In this document: positions 26,249 to 36,410 of the stretch, one piece after another | Layout: every line of letters starts with the position of its first letter | Position numbering within the stretch: position 1 is the first letter of the stretch | From: Candidatus Aenigmatarchaeota archaeon | Lineage (GTDB): Archaea; Aenigmatarchaeota; Aenigmatarchaeia; CG10238-14; SpSt-28 | Reading direction: 5' to 3' | DNA: 64,000 bases | NCBI GenBank assembly: GCA_039000985.1 | Contig: JAWBMD010000003.1 | Span: forward strand, 5,979-69,978 | Notes under the pieces: generated by a model | Databases searched by the model: none | Told to the model about the DNA's origin: nothing | Seen by the model: the letters and a program-made list of their open reading frames with translations, nothing else | Made by a program: the position numbers and the translations under genes

Positions 26249-26653
26249 ATGTATGGGGAATTATTGATTATATTAGCACAATTTATATGGGCAGTTGTTT
26301 TAATTTTACAAAAGAAAATAATAGGAATTATTGATCCTTTATTAGTAATTTTCGTATCAGCATTAATAAGTACATTAGTTTTAATACCTCTTATTTTATC
26401 TAAAAATTTATCAATACCAAAAACAAGTCTTATTTATTTAATCATTGCTGGAATACTTTGGATACCAATAGGTCAAATGGTTTTTCTTAATGGTGTTAAA
26501 TTAGTAGAGGTGTCTAAAGTATCTTTTCTTGCTTTAACTTATCCTTTATTTGTTACTATTCTTTCAATTATTTTTCTTGGAGAAAAAATAACGTTAAACT
26601 TTTTAGTTGCTTCTATATTAATTACTCTTGGAGTGATAGTACTAATAATTTAG
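26249..26653 (+). CDS. EamA-like (DMT superfamily) half-size transporter
   Basis: 134 aa, 4-5 TM, EamA-type hydrophobic pattern. Confidence 0.7.
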   Translation: MYGELLIILAQFIWAVVLILQKKIIGIIDPLLVIFVSALISTLVLIPLILSKNLSIPKTSLIYLIIAGILWIPIGQMVFLNGVKLVEVSKVSFLALTYPLFVTILSIIFLGEKITLNFLVASILITLGVIVLII

Positions 26654-26808
26654 ATAAACTTTCTGCAGATTTTTTACTTAAAAAAGTAATTTTTTCATAA
26701 AATTGAAGGTTATTAAAAGCAAAATTTATAATAATAAGGAAATATCTTTCGTTTTTTATTTTTAACACATAATAATATAGTTGTTTTTTTCTTAATTTTA
26801 TTTATAAT

Positions 26809-26883
26809 GCGCCAATGGTCTAGCCTGGTCTAAGACGCGAGCTTGCCAAGCTCGAAACTCGGGTTCAAATCCCGATTGGCGCA
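26809..26883 (+). tRNA. tRNA-Gly(GCC)
   Basis: GCGCCAA/TTGGCGC acceptor, anticodon arm CGAGC-TTGCCAA-GCTCG, T arm TCGGG-TTCAAAT-CCCGA. 75 nt, no intron. Confidence 0.9.
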
Positions 26884-26890
26884 ATAATTT

Positions 26891-26964
26891 TGGGAAGGTT
26901 GGGATTCGAACCCAAACCACTGGCACCCGAAGCCAGCATCCTAACCAAATTAGACTACCTTCCC
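26891..26964 (-). tRNA. tRNA-Pro(CGG)
   Basis: GGGAAGG/CCTTCCC acceptor, anticodon arm CTGGC-TTCGGGT-GCCAG, T arm TTGGG-TTCGAAT-CCCAA. 74 nt. Confidence 0.9.
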
Positions 26965-27020
26965 ATTTACCACCTCTGATAGAAAGATTTTTCTCATTTA
27001 ATCAATCTGCCCGTCTATCT

Positions 27021-27644
27021 TCATTGGCTTTGGCTAACTATATTTTCAATTTCTTTTTTAAATTCATCATAAGGTAAAAAACCACTAATTTCTTTTCCAT
27101 TAATAAAAAAAGTTGGTGTTCCTTTAATACCTTTAGATTTACCAAAATTTATGCTATTTCTTATTTCACTATCATAATTGTTTGAGTTCAAGCAATTTTC
27201 AAACAAATCAATATTTAGACTTAACATTTTCGCATAACTTTCAAAAATGCTTTTTGGTATAGACGATGTTGCCCATTCATTTTGCCTTTCAAATAATAAG
27301 TCATGCATCTCCAAATACTTACCTTGTTCTCCAGCACATTTAGCTGCTTTATGAGCAATAAATGCATTATTATGGAAAGGTAATGGAAAATCTAAGAAAT
27401 ACCATTTAACTAATCCTTTATCTATAAAGTTCTTTTTTATTAATGGAAAAACTTGTGTAGCAAATTTGGCACAAAATGGACATTGATAATCAGAAAATTC
27501 AAAAATCTCTATTTTAGCATTTTCATTGCCAAATATTTGATTTGGATTAAAGCTAAACTCTTTTTGTTCTTTAGGTAAAAAATAGATAAATAAGAAGCAT
27601 GCAATTATTGCAGCAAAAGTGGCTAATATTAAATATTTTTTCAT
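27021..27644 (-). CDS. DsbA-like thiol:disulfide oxidoreductase, membrane-anchored
   Basis: N-terminal TM and a thioredoxin fold with the CPFC active site. 207 aa. Confidence 0.85.
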   Translation of the reverse strand: MKKYLILATFAAIIACFLFIYFLPKEQKEFSFNPNQIFGNENAKIEIFEFSDYQCPFCAKFATQVFPLIKKNFIDKGLVKWYFLDFPLPFHNNAFIAHKAAKCAGEQGKYLEMHDLLFERQNEWATSSIPKSIFESYAKMLSLNIDLFENCLNSNNYDSEIRNSINFGKSKGIKGTPTFFINGKEISGFLPYDEFKKEIENIVSQSQ

Positions 27645-27655
27645 ATATACTATGT

Positions 27656-27925
27656 ATGGAAATAAAAATAAATAAAAGGGGAGATGGATATGAAATAGAA
27701 TTTTTAGAAATTTCTAAAACAATAATGCGTTTAATAAGCTCAGAACTAAAAAATCTAAAGGAGGTTGAGGAAGCTGTAGTGCTTAAAGTACATCCACTTT
27801 ATGATAATCCCAAAGTATGGATAAAACTAAAAGAAGGTAAACCAAAAGAAGCCTTGAAAAATGCTATTGATAATTTAATTGAAAAGTTAGAGCAAGTAAA
27901 AAATTTTCTTATAGAGAGTAAATAG
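27656..27925 (+). CDS. rpoL: DNA-directed RNA polymerase subunit L (Rpo11)
   Basis: 89 aa from the ATG at 27656. MEIKINKRGDGYEIEFLE...VHPLYDNPKVWIKLKEGKPKEALKNAIDNL follows the RpoL pattern. The track start at 27599 lies inside the DsbA gene. Confidence 0.75.
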   Translation: MEIKINKRGDGYEIEFLEISKTIMRLISSELKNLKEVEEAVVLKVHPLYDNPKVWIKLKEGKPKEALKNAIDNLIEKLEQVKNFLIESK

Positions 27926-29633
27926 GTTTTAAACCAATTATAGAAAATAAACTTTCATAAACTTTTTTTAAAGAAGCTAAAAGGTTTAACCTAAAATTTC
28001 TTACATCTTCTTCGGCATTCAAAACTGGGCATTCCTCATAAAACTTGTTGAAAATTGTAGAAATTTTATAAAGATATTCACAAAGCAAATTCAATCTTAA
28101 AGTGTTTTTCAACGATGATAAAAACAATGGATAATTAAGTATTAAAAATAAAAGCTTTTTTTCCAACTTGTTTATTTCTTTTATTTGATAATCTTTTTTA
28201 AAGCTTTTTACCTTTTTTAATATTTTTGACAATCTAACATATGAATATAAATTGTAAATTGCTGTATTGCCAATTAGTTTTAATGAATTATCAAAATCAA
28301 AAACAATCATTTTTTCTGGAGATACTTTGAGAAATTCATACTTTATTACATTAACAGCTAATTTTTCAATTTTTTTCTCACTTAGTTTTGGATTAATGCT
28401 TTTAATTTTTTGTTTTAGCTTTTCCAGAATTTCATCAACATTTATAAATATTCCTTTTCTTCCGCTCAAATGCAAAATATCTTCACTTGCTTCTAAATTT
28501 AATTGCTTTGCAGTATTTCCACTAATAGCAACAACTTCATAAGAATAATGAATATATTTTTTTCCAGAAATTTTTTCTGCAATGTATTTAACTAAGTTTT
28601 GCTCATCTTTTTGTCTAACATCTACAACATTAATTGATATATCAAAACCTTTCAAATTTTTTTCATTCCCATTTATTGAAGTAATAAAAGAGGAATTAAA
28701 TTTCTCAAATTTAAAATTCTTTTTTATACAACCAAGTTTCCATAAGGCAAATGCTATATCTTTACCAGCATATAAAGTAGTTCCATCTTTTCTTGTTATT
28801 GGAATTTCCTTATTATTAAAAATAACATAAATGCAATCTTTAATAGATAATAAATTATTTGCTTTTAATATTTTTAGTGATTCTTCAAATATTTTTGAAG
28901 TTAATATATCCCTTTCCCTTATTAAAAAATCAAAGCTTATATTAAATTTTTTTAATGTATTTAGTTGTTCTTTTAAAATTTTTTGAATTATTTTTTCGCT
29001 AAATTCATAATATTTTTCTAAGTTTTTAATAATTTCAGTTAGTTTTTCGCTAAGTAAACTATCTTCTTCTATTTTTTTGTGAACAATTGGATATATTTCA
29101 GAACAATACAAATCAAACTTTTTATCTGTATTTAAATTAAAACCTAAATCTTTAAAAGCTAAAATTATTTCTGCAACTTGTTGGCCGGTATCATCTATAT
29201 AGTTAAAAACTTTAACATATTTAAAAAAATTTTTTAGTAATCTATAGAGACAATCACCAATTATGCTATTTCTTAAGTGACCTATATGTAAAGCTTTATT
29301 TGGATTAACACTAGTATGTTCTATAATAACTCTTTTATTTTCTTTTTCAAAAAAAATTTCTTGTTCTAATATATCTTTATAAAAATTTTTAAAATTCAAA
29401 AACAAATTAACATAACCATTTTTTGCTTCTATTTTCTCAAAATAGCTCAAATTTTTTAATTTTTCAGCAATTTCATTTGCAACAACATTTAAATCTCTAT
29501 TTTCTTCTTTACTAATTTTAAATGCTAAAGTTAAGCAATAATCCCAATCATTATCTTCACTTTCTTTAAAAAATGGTTTTATATTTGTGTTTAATGTTTT
29601 TTCTATTTCTTCAATTATTTTAAATATTTTCAC
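27909..29633 (-). CDS. argS: Arginyl-tRNA synthetase
   Basis: 574 aa. Class I HIGH motif (NKALHIGHLRNS) and ArgRS-type domain order. Confidence 0.88.
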   Translation of the reverse strand: MKIFKIIEEIEKTLNTNIKPFFKESEDNDWDYCLTLAFKISKEENRDLNVVANEIAEKLKNLSYFEKIEAKNGYVNLFLNFKNFYKDILEQEIFFEKENKRVIIEHTSVNPNKALHIGHLRNSIIGDCLYRLLKNFFKYVKVFNYIDDTGQQVAEIILAFKDLGFNLNTDKKFDLYCSEIYPIVHKKIEEDSLLSEKLTEIIKNLEKYYEFSEKIIQKILKEQLNTLKKFNISFDFLIRERDILTSKIFEESLKILKANNLLSIKDCIYVIFNNKEIPITRKDGTTLYAGKDIAFALWKLGCIKKNFKFEKFNSSFITSINGNEKNLKGFDISINVVDVRQKDEQNLVKYIAEKISGKKYIHYSYEVVAISGNTAKQLNLEASEDILHLSGRKGIFINVDEILEKLKQKIKSINPKLSEKKIEKLAVNVIKYEFLKVSPEKMIVFDFDNSLKLIGNTAIYNLYSYVRLSKILKKVKSFKKDYQIKEINKLEKKLLFLILNYPLFLSSLKNTLRLNLLCEYLYKISTIFNKFYEECPVLNAEEDVRNFRLNLLASLKKVYESLFSIIGLKPIYSL

Positions 29634-30349
29634 TTAACTTTAATTAATAAATCTAAATTTTTGAGTGTAGCTTCGTAATCATCAGGGACACCTATATCTG
29701 TCCAGAAATCGTTGTAAATATAAGCTGATAATTCTCCTTCTTCACATAAAATTGGAAAAACTTCTTTTTCTAAAGAAACTTTAGAATTAGGTCTCATATA
29801 TTCAAAAATTTCATCATTGAAAACATATAATCCTGCATTTATATAACCGCTCATTTCTTTTTGTGGCTTTTCTAGAAATCTTGTTATTATATTATCAATA
29901 TTAAAATCAATTATGCCAAATCTTTTCGAGTTTTCTATATATTTAACAACTATTGTTCCTATAGTTCCTTTTGATTTATGGAAATTAAGTAAATCAAGCA
30001 AATTTAAAGAATAAGAAAAAATAACATCACCATTCATAGCAAAAAAAGTTTTACCCAGTTTATCTCTTGCATTTAATATTGCTCCAGCTGTATCTAAAGC
30101 TGTTTTTTCTATTGAATACTCTATATTAACACCAAAATTACCCCCATCACCAAAATACTTAACTATTGCATCACCCAAATAACCAATAGCTAGAACAATA
30201 TCATCAAAACCTTTATTTTTAAAAAACTCTATTGTATGTTGTAAAATTGGTTTTCTACCTAGTGGCAATAATGGCTTTGGGATTATATAGGTTAGAGGTC
30301 TCATTCTTGTACCTTCCCCACCGCATAGAATTAAAACCTTTACTTTCAT
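29630..30349 (-). CDS. Sugar-1-phosphate nucleotidyltransferase
   Basis: LCGGEGTRMRPLT signature. 239 aa. Confidence 0.85.
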   Translation of the reverse strand: MKVKVLILCGGEGTRMRPLTYIIPKPLLPLGRKPILQHTIEFFKNKGFDDIVLAIGYLGDAIVKYFGDGGNFGVNIEYSIEKTALDTAGAILNARDKLGKTFFAMNGDVIFSYSLNLLDLLNFHKSKGTIGTIVVKYIENSKRFGIIDFNIDNIITRFLEKPQKEMSGYINAGLYVFNDEIFEYMRPNSKVSLEKEVFPILCEEGELSAYIYNDFWTDIGVPDDYEATLKNLDLLIKVK

Positions 30350-30393
30350 AAATTTATTAGATGAATGAAAAAATATAAATTATTTTAGGAGTT

Positions 30394-30491
30394 GCCGGTG
30401 TAGTTGAGCGGTTAAAACGCCACGCTCATATTGAATGAGCTTCGATAAATGAGATACGTGGAGGTCGAGGGTTCGAATCCCTCCACCGGCA
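30394..30491 (+). tRNA. Elongator tRNA-Met(CAU) (Ile2-CAU not excluded) with a 25-nt intron at 37/38 (30431-30455)
   Basis: GCCGGTG/CACCGGC acceptor. Anticodon arm CCACG-CTCATA[intron]A-CGTGG. Intron ATGAG pairs with exon CTCAT (BHB-like). T arm GAGGG-TTCGAAT-CCCTC. Confidence 0.85.
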
Positions 30492-30493
30492 AA

Positions 30494-30594
30494 GCCCCAG
30501 TAGCTCAGTTTGGATAGAGCGGCGCCCTTCTAATTTAGAAGGTTTGAAAAAAGATGAAAGGCGTAGGTCGCGGGTTCAAATCCCGCCTGGGGCA
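30494..30594 (+). tRNA. tRNA-Arg(UCU) with a 26-nt intron at 37/38 (30533-30558)
   Basis: GCCCCAG/CTGGGGC acceptor. Anticodon arm GCGCC-CTTCTA[intron]A-GGCGT. Intron TAGAAGG pairs with CCTTCTA. T arm GCGGG-TTCAAAT-CCCGC. Confidence 0.88.
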
Positions 30595-30647
30595 ATAATT
30601 TACTAAAAAAAGAAAATTGAAGTTCTAGAGGTTATGATTATTAAGGT

Positions 30648-30980
30648 TTAGGACGGTTCAATTCCTCGTAACGAACAAGCATCCTGAAAACTACTCTCAC
30701 TGCAACTAATTTTAAAATTACCACTGTCTGGATCTTTATTTGCGCTAATTCCAAATCCATTAAGAATATTTTCCGAACAGTGAAGTCCAGAAATTGTTAC
30801 TTCTTTATTCCAACCACTTAGCTTACACTGACCACATGCAGTTGTTACAGCTGCATTACACATCTCTAAATTAGGTCCTGCCTTAACAAATACAGAATAT
30901 AGAAGATAGCCTACTATGGCAAGCACTATTATTCCTAATATTAATAAAATTATTTTTTGAACTGCTACACCTTTGGACAT
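30648..30980 (-). CDS. Small anchored Cys-rich protein with pilin-like N-terminus
   Basis: 110 aa. MSKGVAVQKIILLILGIIVLAIVG anchor resembles the N-terminus of ORF 56687..57574. 8 Cys in the ectodomain. Confidence 0.6.
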   Translation of the reverse strand: MSKGVAVQKIILLILGIIVLAIVGYLLYSVFVKAGPNLEMCNAAVTTACGQCKLSGWNKEVTISGLHCSENILNGFGISANKDPDSGNFKISCSESSFQDACSLRGIEPS

Positions 30981-31017
30981 AAATTAATATAAAAAACTAT
31001 TATTTAAATATCAAAAA

Positions 31018-33669
31018 ATGAAAAAAATAACCTATATAGAAAAAGAGTATGAAAAAGAAGAAATATTAAAAAAATTAGAAAAACCAGTAGCTATTTGGTT
31101 CGAAAGCAATTTCAAAGGATTTACACCACCTCAAAAAAAGTCAATAATACCGATATTAAACAATAAAAATGTTTTAATAACTTCACCAACTGGTTCTGGA
31201 AAAACATTAGCTTGCTTTCTAGCAATAATAAATAAATTAATAAGGCTTTCACATGAAAACAAGCTAGAGGATTTAGTTTATTGCATATATATAAGCCCAT
31301 TAAGAGCTTTGGATAGGGATATTTATTGGAATTTAATAGACCCGCTTGAAAAAATAGAGGAAATTGCAAAAAAAATTAACTATAATCTAAATAAAAAAAT
31401 AAGAGTAGCTTTGAGAACTGGAGATATAAAACCACATGAAAAACAAAAACAATTAAAGGAACCACCCCATATTTTAATAACAACTCCAGAAAGCATTGCA
31501 ATAATTTTGAATACTATAAAATTTAAAGAAAAGTTGAGGGGCGTTAATTATGTTATTGTTGACGAAATTCATGAACTAGCTAATTCAAAAAGAGGAGTTC
31601 ATTTATCTTTAAGCTTGGAAAGATTGGAAAATTTTTGTGGAAGGAAAATTGTTAGAATTGGAGCAGGAGCAACATTAGAACCTTTAGAGCTTGCTGCAAA
31701 ATTTTTAGTTGGAACAAAAAGAAGTTGTTATATTGTTGATGCAAGATTTCTCAAAAAAACAAATATAAATGTAACAATTCCATCAACAAAGCTATTATAT
31801 GAAAACGCTGAAAGCATAAATAAAAAAATGTATGAGATTTTGGATAGGCTTATTGCAAATAGCAAAACAACGTTAGTTTTCACAAACACAAGAAGTGGTG
31901 CAGAAAGAGTTCATTGGCATTTGAAGCAAATGTTTCCATCAAGATATTTAGATGAATATACTGGGGTGCATCATTCAAGCATAAGTAGAGATATTAGATT
32001 TGAAGTAGAGGAAAAATTAAAAAAAGGTGAACTTAAATGTGTTATTACCTCAACCTCCTTAGAGCTTGGGATAGATATAGGTTATATAGATCTTGTGGTT
32101 CAAATTGGTTCTCCAAAAAGTGTTTCTAGATTAATACAAAGAATTGGAAGAGCAGGTCATGCTTTGTATGAAATTTCTAATGGAACAATTATTTGTTTGG
32201 ATAGGGATGATTTAGTTGAATGCTTAGTAATGGTTAAAAAAAGCTATGAATATTGGCTTGATAAATTTCACATACCAAGAAATTGTTTAGATATTCTTTC
32301 TCAGCATATAGTCGGAATGGCAATTGAGAAAAAATGGAAAATAAAAGAAGCTTTTAATTTAGTAAAAAATGCTTATCCATTTTCAACATTAAAATATAAG
32401 GATTTCATTTCTGTTTTAAGATATTTAGCTGGCTATTATCATACTTTAACAGATTACAATATTTATGGAAAAATTTGGTTAGATGAAAATGAAGGAACTT
32501 TTGGAAGAAGAGGAAAATACACAAGAGTTATTTATGTGCTAAACATAGGCACTATTCCAGATGAAGTAAAAATAAAAGTAAGAACAGTAGATGGAAAATT
32601 TGTTGGTTTTATTGAAGAAGGATTCTTAGAAAGACTTATGCCAAAAGATATTTTTGTTCTTGGTGGTAAAACTTATGAGTTCGTTAAGTCAAAAAAGAAT
32701 GTTGCATATGTTTTACCAGCAAAAGAAAAAAAGCCAACAATACCAAGCTGGTTTAGCGAGCAATTACCACTTAATTTCGATTTAGCTATTCAAATAGGAA
32801 AATTTAGAGAAAAAGTTTTTGAAATGATTGATAAGAAATTTTCTAAAGATAAAATAATTGAATTTTTGGAAAATGAGTATTTTGCAAGCAAGGATGTTGC
32901 AAATGAAATTTGTGATTACTTCATTATTCAATACAACTTTTTGAAATTTTTAAATGTTAATGAATTTCATTCAGATAAAAACGTTATTGTTGAAAATATT
33001 ATAAATAAAGAAGAGGAAACACAAAACATAGTTTTTCATACTTTATATGGAAGAAGAGTTAATGATGCTTTAAGTAGGGCTTATGCTTATGCATTGTCCA
33101 AAAAAATTGGTAAAAGTGTTAAGGTTTCTATAAATGATAATGGATTTATTTTATCATTTGATTTAGAAAAAGAAAGAAGGGGAATTTTTGGAAAAGAATA
33201 TAAAATTATTGATAGTAAAGAAGTTGCTTATCTTGTAAATGAAAATAATTTGGAAGAGCTTTTGGTAAAAAGCTTAATAAATACAGAACTAATAAAAAGA
33301 AAATTCAGGCATTGTGCAACAAGAAGCTTTATGATATTAAAAAACTATAAAGGGCATGAAATTAGTGTTGAAAAGCAACAAATAAATGCAGAAAGATTAA
33401 TAAGAGCGATAAAAGATATAAAAGATTTTCCAACATTAAAAGAAACTTATAGAGAAATTTTAGAAGATTTCATGGATATTGAAAAGGCAAAGGAAGTTCT
33501 TAGATTTTGTAAATTCATTTTTGCTTCGCTAGCTGATATTCCATCACCATTTGCACACAATTTATTTGTTTTATCTGAAAGTGATGTTGTTTTAATGGAA
33601 GATAGAAGAAAACTTTTATTAGATTTGCATAAAAAGATTTTAGAAAGAATAGAAGGAATTAAAACTTAA
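31018..33669 (+). CDS. lhr: Lhr-type ATP-dependent SF2 helicase
   Basis: 883 aa. Motif I TSPTGSGKT, motif II DEIHEL, motif VI QRIGRAGH, long Lhr-type C-terminal region. Confidence 0.88.
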   Translation: MKKITYIEKEYEKEEILKKLEKPVAIWFESNFKGFTPPQKKSIIPILNNKNVLITSPTGSGKTLACFLAIINKLIRLSHENKLEDLVYCIYISPLRALDRDIYWNLIDPLEKIEEIAKKINYNLNKKIRVALRTGDIKPHEKQKQLKEPPHILITTPESIAIILNTIKFKEKLRGVNYVIVDEIHELANSKRGVHLSLSLERLENFCGRKIVRIGAGATLEPLELAAKFLVGTKRSCYIVDARFLKKTNINVTIPSTKLLYENAESINKKMYEILDRLIANSKTTLVFTNTRSGAERVHWHLKQMFPSRYLDEYTGVHHSSISRDIRFEVEEKLKKGELKCVITSTSLELGIDIGYIDLVVQIGSPKSVSRLIQRIGRAGHALYEISNGTIICLDRDDLVECLVMVKKSYEYWLDKFHIPRNCLDILSQHIVGMAIEKKWKIKEAFNLVKNAYPFSTLKYKDFISVLRYLAGYYHTLTDYNIYGKIWLDENEGTFGRRGKYTRVIYVLNIGTIPDEVKIKVRTVDGKFVGFIEEGFLERLMPKDIFVLGGKTYEFVKSKKNVAYVLPAKEKKPTIPSWFSEQLPLNFDLAIQIGKFREKVFEMIDKKFSKDKIIEFLENEYFASKDVANEICDYFIIQYNFLKFLNVNEFHSDKNVIVENIINKEEETQNIVFHTLYGRRVNDALSRAYAYALSKKIGKSVKVSINDNGFILSFDLEKERRGIFGKEYKIIDSKEVAYLVNENNLEELLVKSLINTELIKRKFRHCATRSFMILKNYKGHEISVEKQQINAERLIRAIKDIKDFPTLKETYREILEDFMDIEKAKEVLRFCKFIFASLADIPSPFAHNLFVLSESDVVLMEDRRKLLLDLHKKILERIEGIKT

Positions 33670-33686
33670 TTTTCATAAAATAAATT

Positions 33687-34184
33687 ATGGCAGAATGTTT
33701 ATTTTGTAAAATAGTGAATAATGAGGTTAAATCATTTAAATTTTATGAAGATGAAAATTGCGTAGCAATTTTAGATATAATGCCAAGAAGCAGGGGAATG
33801 ACATTAGTTATACCAAAGCAGCATTTAAATGATATAAATGAAAATGAAGAATTATCAAAAAAACTTTTTGAATCTTCTTTGAAAGTAATTTCAATTATAA
33901 AAAAAAGTTTAAACCCAATTGAAATAGTTGTTTCAACTTATCCATCCCAAATAAAACATTTTCATTTAAGAATATATCCATTTTATGAAAACGAAATTCC
34001 ATTAATTGAGAATCAACCAAAAAAAGTTGAAGAAAGCGAGTTAGAAGAAGTTTTAAGTTTGTTAAAAAGCAACGTAATTCAAGAAGAAGAAAAGAAAGAG
34101 GAGGAGCCAAAGAAAGTTGAAGAAGTGAAAGAAAGAAGCGAAGAAGAAGTTTATTGGATAAAAAGAAGTATTTCTATTGATTAA
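33687..34184 (+). CDS. HIT-family protein with Glu/Lys-rich tail
   Basis: N-terminal CLFCKIV and a HIT-like motif HFHLRIYP (third His is Arg). 165 aa. Confidence 0.75.
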   Translation: MAECLFCKIVNNEVKSFKFYEDENCVAILDIMPRSRGMTLVIPKQHLNDINENEELSKKLFESSLKVISIIKKSLNPIEIVVSTYPSQIKHFHLRIYPFYENEIPLIENQPKKVEESELEEVLSLLKSNVIQEEEKKEEEPKKVEEVKERSEEEVYWIKRSISID

Positions 34185-35323
34185 AAAAGTTTTAATGGAA
34201 AACCAAATTTACTTGTTAAGTATAAATTATATAAAAGAATGAAAAAAAGTAATAAAGAAATGTAGTTTGAAATTCTTTTAGCTTTTTTACTACCAAAATA
34301 TTTTTTCAATATTTCTTCAAAGATTAATCCACCATCCAACGGCTTTATTGGTAATGAATTTGCTATTGAAATACCAAGCGTTGCAGTTGCTAAAAATATT
34401 AAATATTTACTTTCCCAACCTAATGGAAATGTAAAACCAAAAAAATTATATTCAAATTTTTGAGTTATATTTATTACTCCTAAAAATCCTCTATCTTTTA
34501 AATCTTTGTGCTCAGCAAGCTTAACAATAAATTTTCCTTTTGTTGTTTCTATTTCAAGTGTTTGATTTGGTTTTGTTTTATTTAAAAATTTTATTAGAGA
34601 AATTAAATCTTTCACTTCTGTATTATTAATTTTTAATATGCTTCCAGCTAATTTTGATTCATAAGCTGGAGAATTTTCTATGACATCATAATCTATTCCA
34701 GCAGCAACTATAAATCTACTCAAAATAAACAATATTAAAAGAATTATTAAAAAAGTGAGAAAATTTGAAAATGAACCAGCAGAAAGTATAAATAATTTTT
34801 CTTTTGTTTCTATTCTTTTGAATTTTTTATTATCTGGATCTACAAAAGCACCTATTGGTAGCAAAAAAAGAAAAATTAAACCATAGGATTTTACTTTCAC
34901 TTTAGAATACAAAGAGTAAATAGCATGAGAAAATTCATGTGGAATTAATAATATTGGTAATATTGTTAGCCATGCAAATATTGGGACTGAAATAACCGGA
35001 CCTGGAATTTGATAACCACCAGCAGTTGGAAGAACTATTGCAAAACAAGCTTGTGAATGAATAGCACAATTAACTATATAATAAGTTCCAAAAATACTTA
35101 AAGCAAAAGTTAAACATAAAGAAGCAAAACCTAAAGCACTTAAAATTTTTCTATTTTTATTAACAAACTCTTTGACTTTTTTGCCAAATCCTTTATACCT
35201 TAAAATAACTATTCCGTACTTAAACTCAACTCTATTTTTTCTTTTTTCTAAAAGAATAAATAAAAAAACTAAGGAAAAAAAAGCTATTAAGCTAATAATT
35301 TCTATCTCAATCCAAGTAATCAT
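34181..35323 (-). CDS. Site-2 protease (M50) with PDZ-like insert
   Basis: HEFSH zinc motif, multiple TM helices, PLDGG motif near the C-terminus. Confidence 0.85.
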   Translation of the reverse strand: MITWIEIEIISLIAFFSLVFLFILLEKRKNRVEFKYGIVILRYKGFGKKVKEFVNKNRKILSALGFASLCLTFALSIFGTYYIVNCAIHSQACFAIVLPTAGGYQIPGPVISVPIFAWLTILPILLIPHEFSHAIYSLYSKVKVKSYGLIFLFLLPIGAFVDPDNKKFKRIETKEKLFILSAGSFSNFLTFLIILLILFILSRFIVAAGIDYDVIENSPAYESKLAGSILKINNTEVKDLISLIKFLNKTKPNQTLEIETTKGKFIVKLAEHKDLKDRGFLGVINITQKFEYNFFGFTFPLGWESKYLIFLATATLGISIANSLPIKPLDGGLIFEEILKKYFGSKKAKRISNYISLLLFFILLYNLYLTSKFGFPLKLF

Positions 35324-36410
35324 TATTTTTTATTTTTTCTGGCAAATATTTTTCGCTTATGAAGGTTATTCCTTTAGAAGCTAATGCTTCTAATTCCGCT
35401 TTTGCACCAAATTTTTTCATTAAGTCAAACTGCTTTTGCCATTTTTTGTTTTCTTTAAACCATTCATAATTCCTAACTTGCTCCAATCTTTTTTCATCAA
35501 CATCTTTAAATTTAATCAAATGCTTTTTTAATCCATAATTTTCTATATCTTCGCCAGTTAAACCTAAAAATTTTGCTGAAGGGACAGCCAATCTATCACT
35601 AATATGAGCAAGAGCAATTGAGCCAAATTTTATAACAGAATAAATATAAATTCCCCACGGATCAAAATCTGTTAAAACATAAATTGGTAAATCATGCTCA
35701 TAATGAAGTCTTTGTAACAATCTTCTTATTCCTCTAGTAGCTTGTCCTTGAGATGCAACTATTATACAATTAAGCTTTTCCCAAACTTTATCTTCATGTA
35801 ATCTTTCCCATACAGCTGATTTTTCAACATAAATAACAAACTTTGCTTTTACTTTTACAAACTCTATATCCTCAACATTACTAGGAACACTCCAGCCACC
35901 AGAACCCAATTTAGACCAATCTATTAAATCACCCCTATCTCTTATAACAACTTCTCCAGCAACAGCTCCAAGCTTGTTAGCATTTATATGCAATTGCTCT
36001 CTTAAAGCACCTGTGATGAGCTCTAAATCTTCTATAGCTTTATTAGACTCCTCTTGCTCATCTACAGTATTTATTCTCGTTCCTTCAATCGTTCTTTTCA
36101 AAACATAAAAAGCTTCTCTTAAACTAATATGTTTATTACTTTCTATTAAATTTTTTGAAAGAGAAGTTACACCAATTGTTTGAACAAATTTTCTTATTTG
36201 AGCTAAATGAAGGAAATATCTTTTAGAAATTGCACTCCCCAATATTAACTTTCTTTGTTTTGGATCAAATTTTATATTTCTTAAAGCTCTTATTGGAACT
36301 TCTAAATAGGGATTTTGACCTTTATCCAAATCGCTCCAAACTTTATTACCTATTGAAAACAAGCTTTTTTTAACCTCTTCCTTTGTTTTTGGTTTAATGT
36401 ATATCTCCAT
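35307..36410 (-). CDS. top6A: DNA topoisomerase VI subunit A
   Basis: 367 aa. Spo11/Top6A pattern, Toprim LTDFDPWG. Confidence 0.92.
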   Translation of the reverse strand: MEIYIKPKTKEEVKKSLFSIGNKVWSDLDKGQNPYLEVPIRALRNIKFDPKQRKLILGSAISKRYFLHLAQIRKFVQTIGVTSLSKNLIESNKHISLREAFYVLKRTIEGTRINTVDEQEESNKAIEDLELITGALREQLHINANKLGAVAGEVVIRDRGDLIDWSKLGSGGWSVPSNVEDIEFVKVKAKFVIYVEKSAVWERLHEDKVWEKLNCIIVASQGQATRGIRRLLQRLHYEHDLPIYVLTDFDPWGIYIYSVIKFGSIALAHISDRLAVPSAKFLGLTGEDIENYGLKKHLIKFKDVDEKRLEQVRNYEWFKENKKWQKQFDLMKKFGAKAELEALASKGITFISEKYLPEKIKNNDYLD

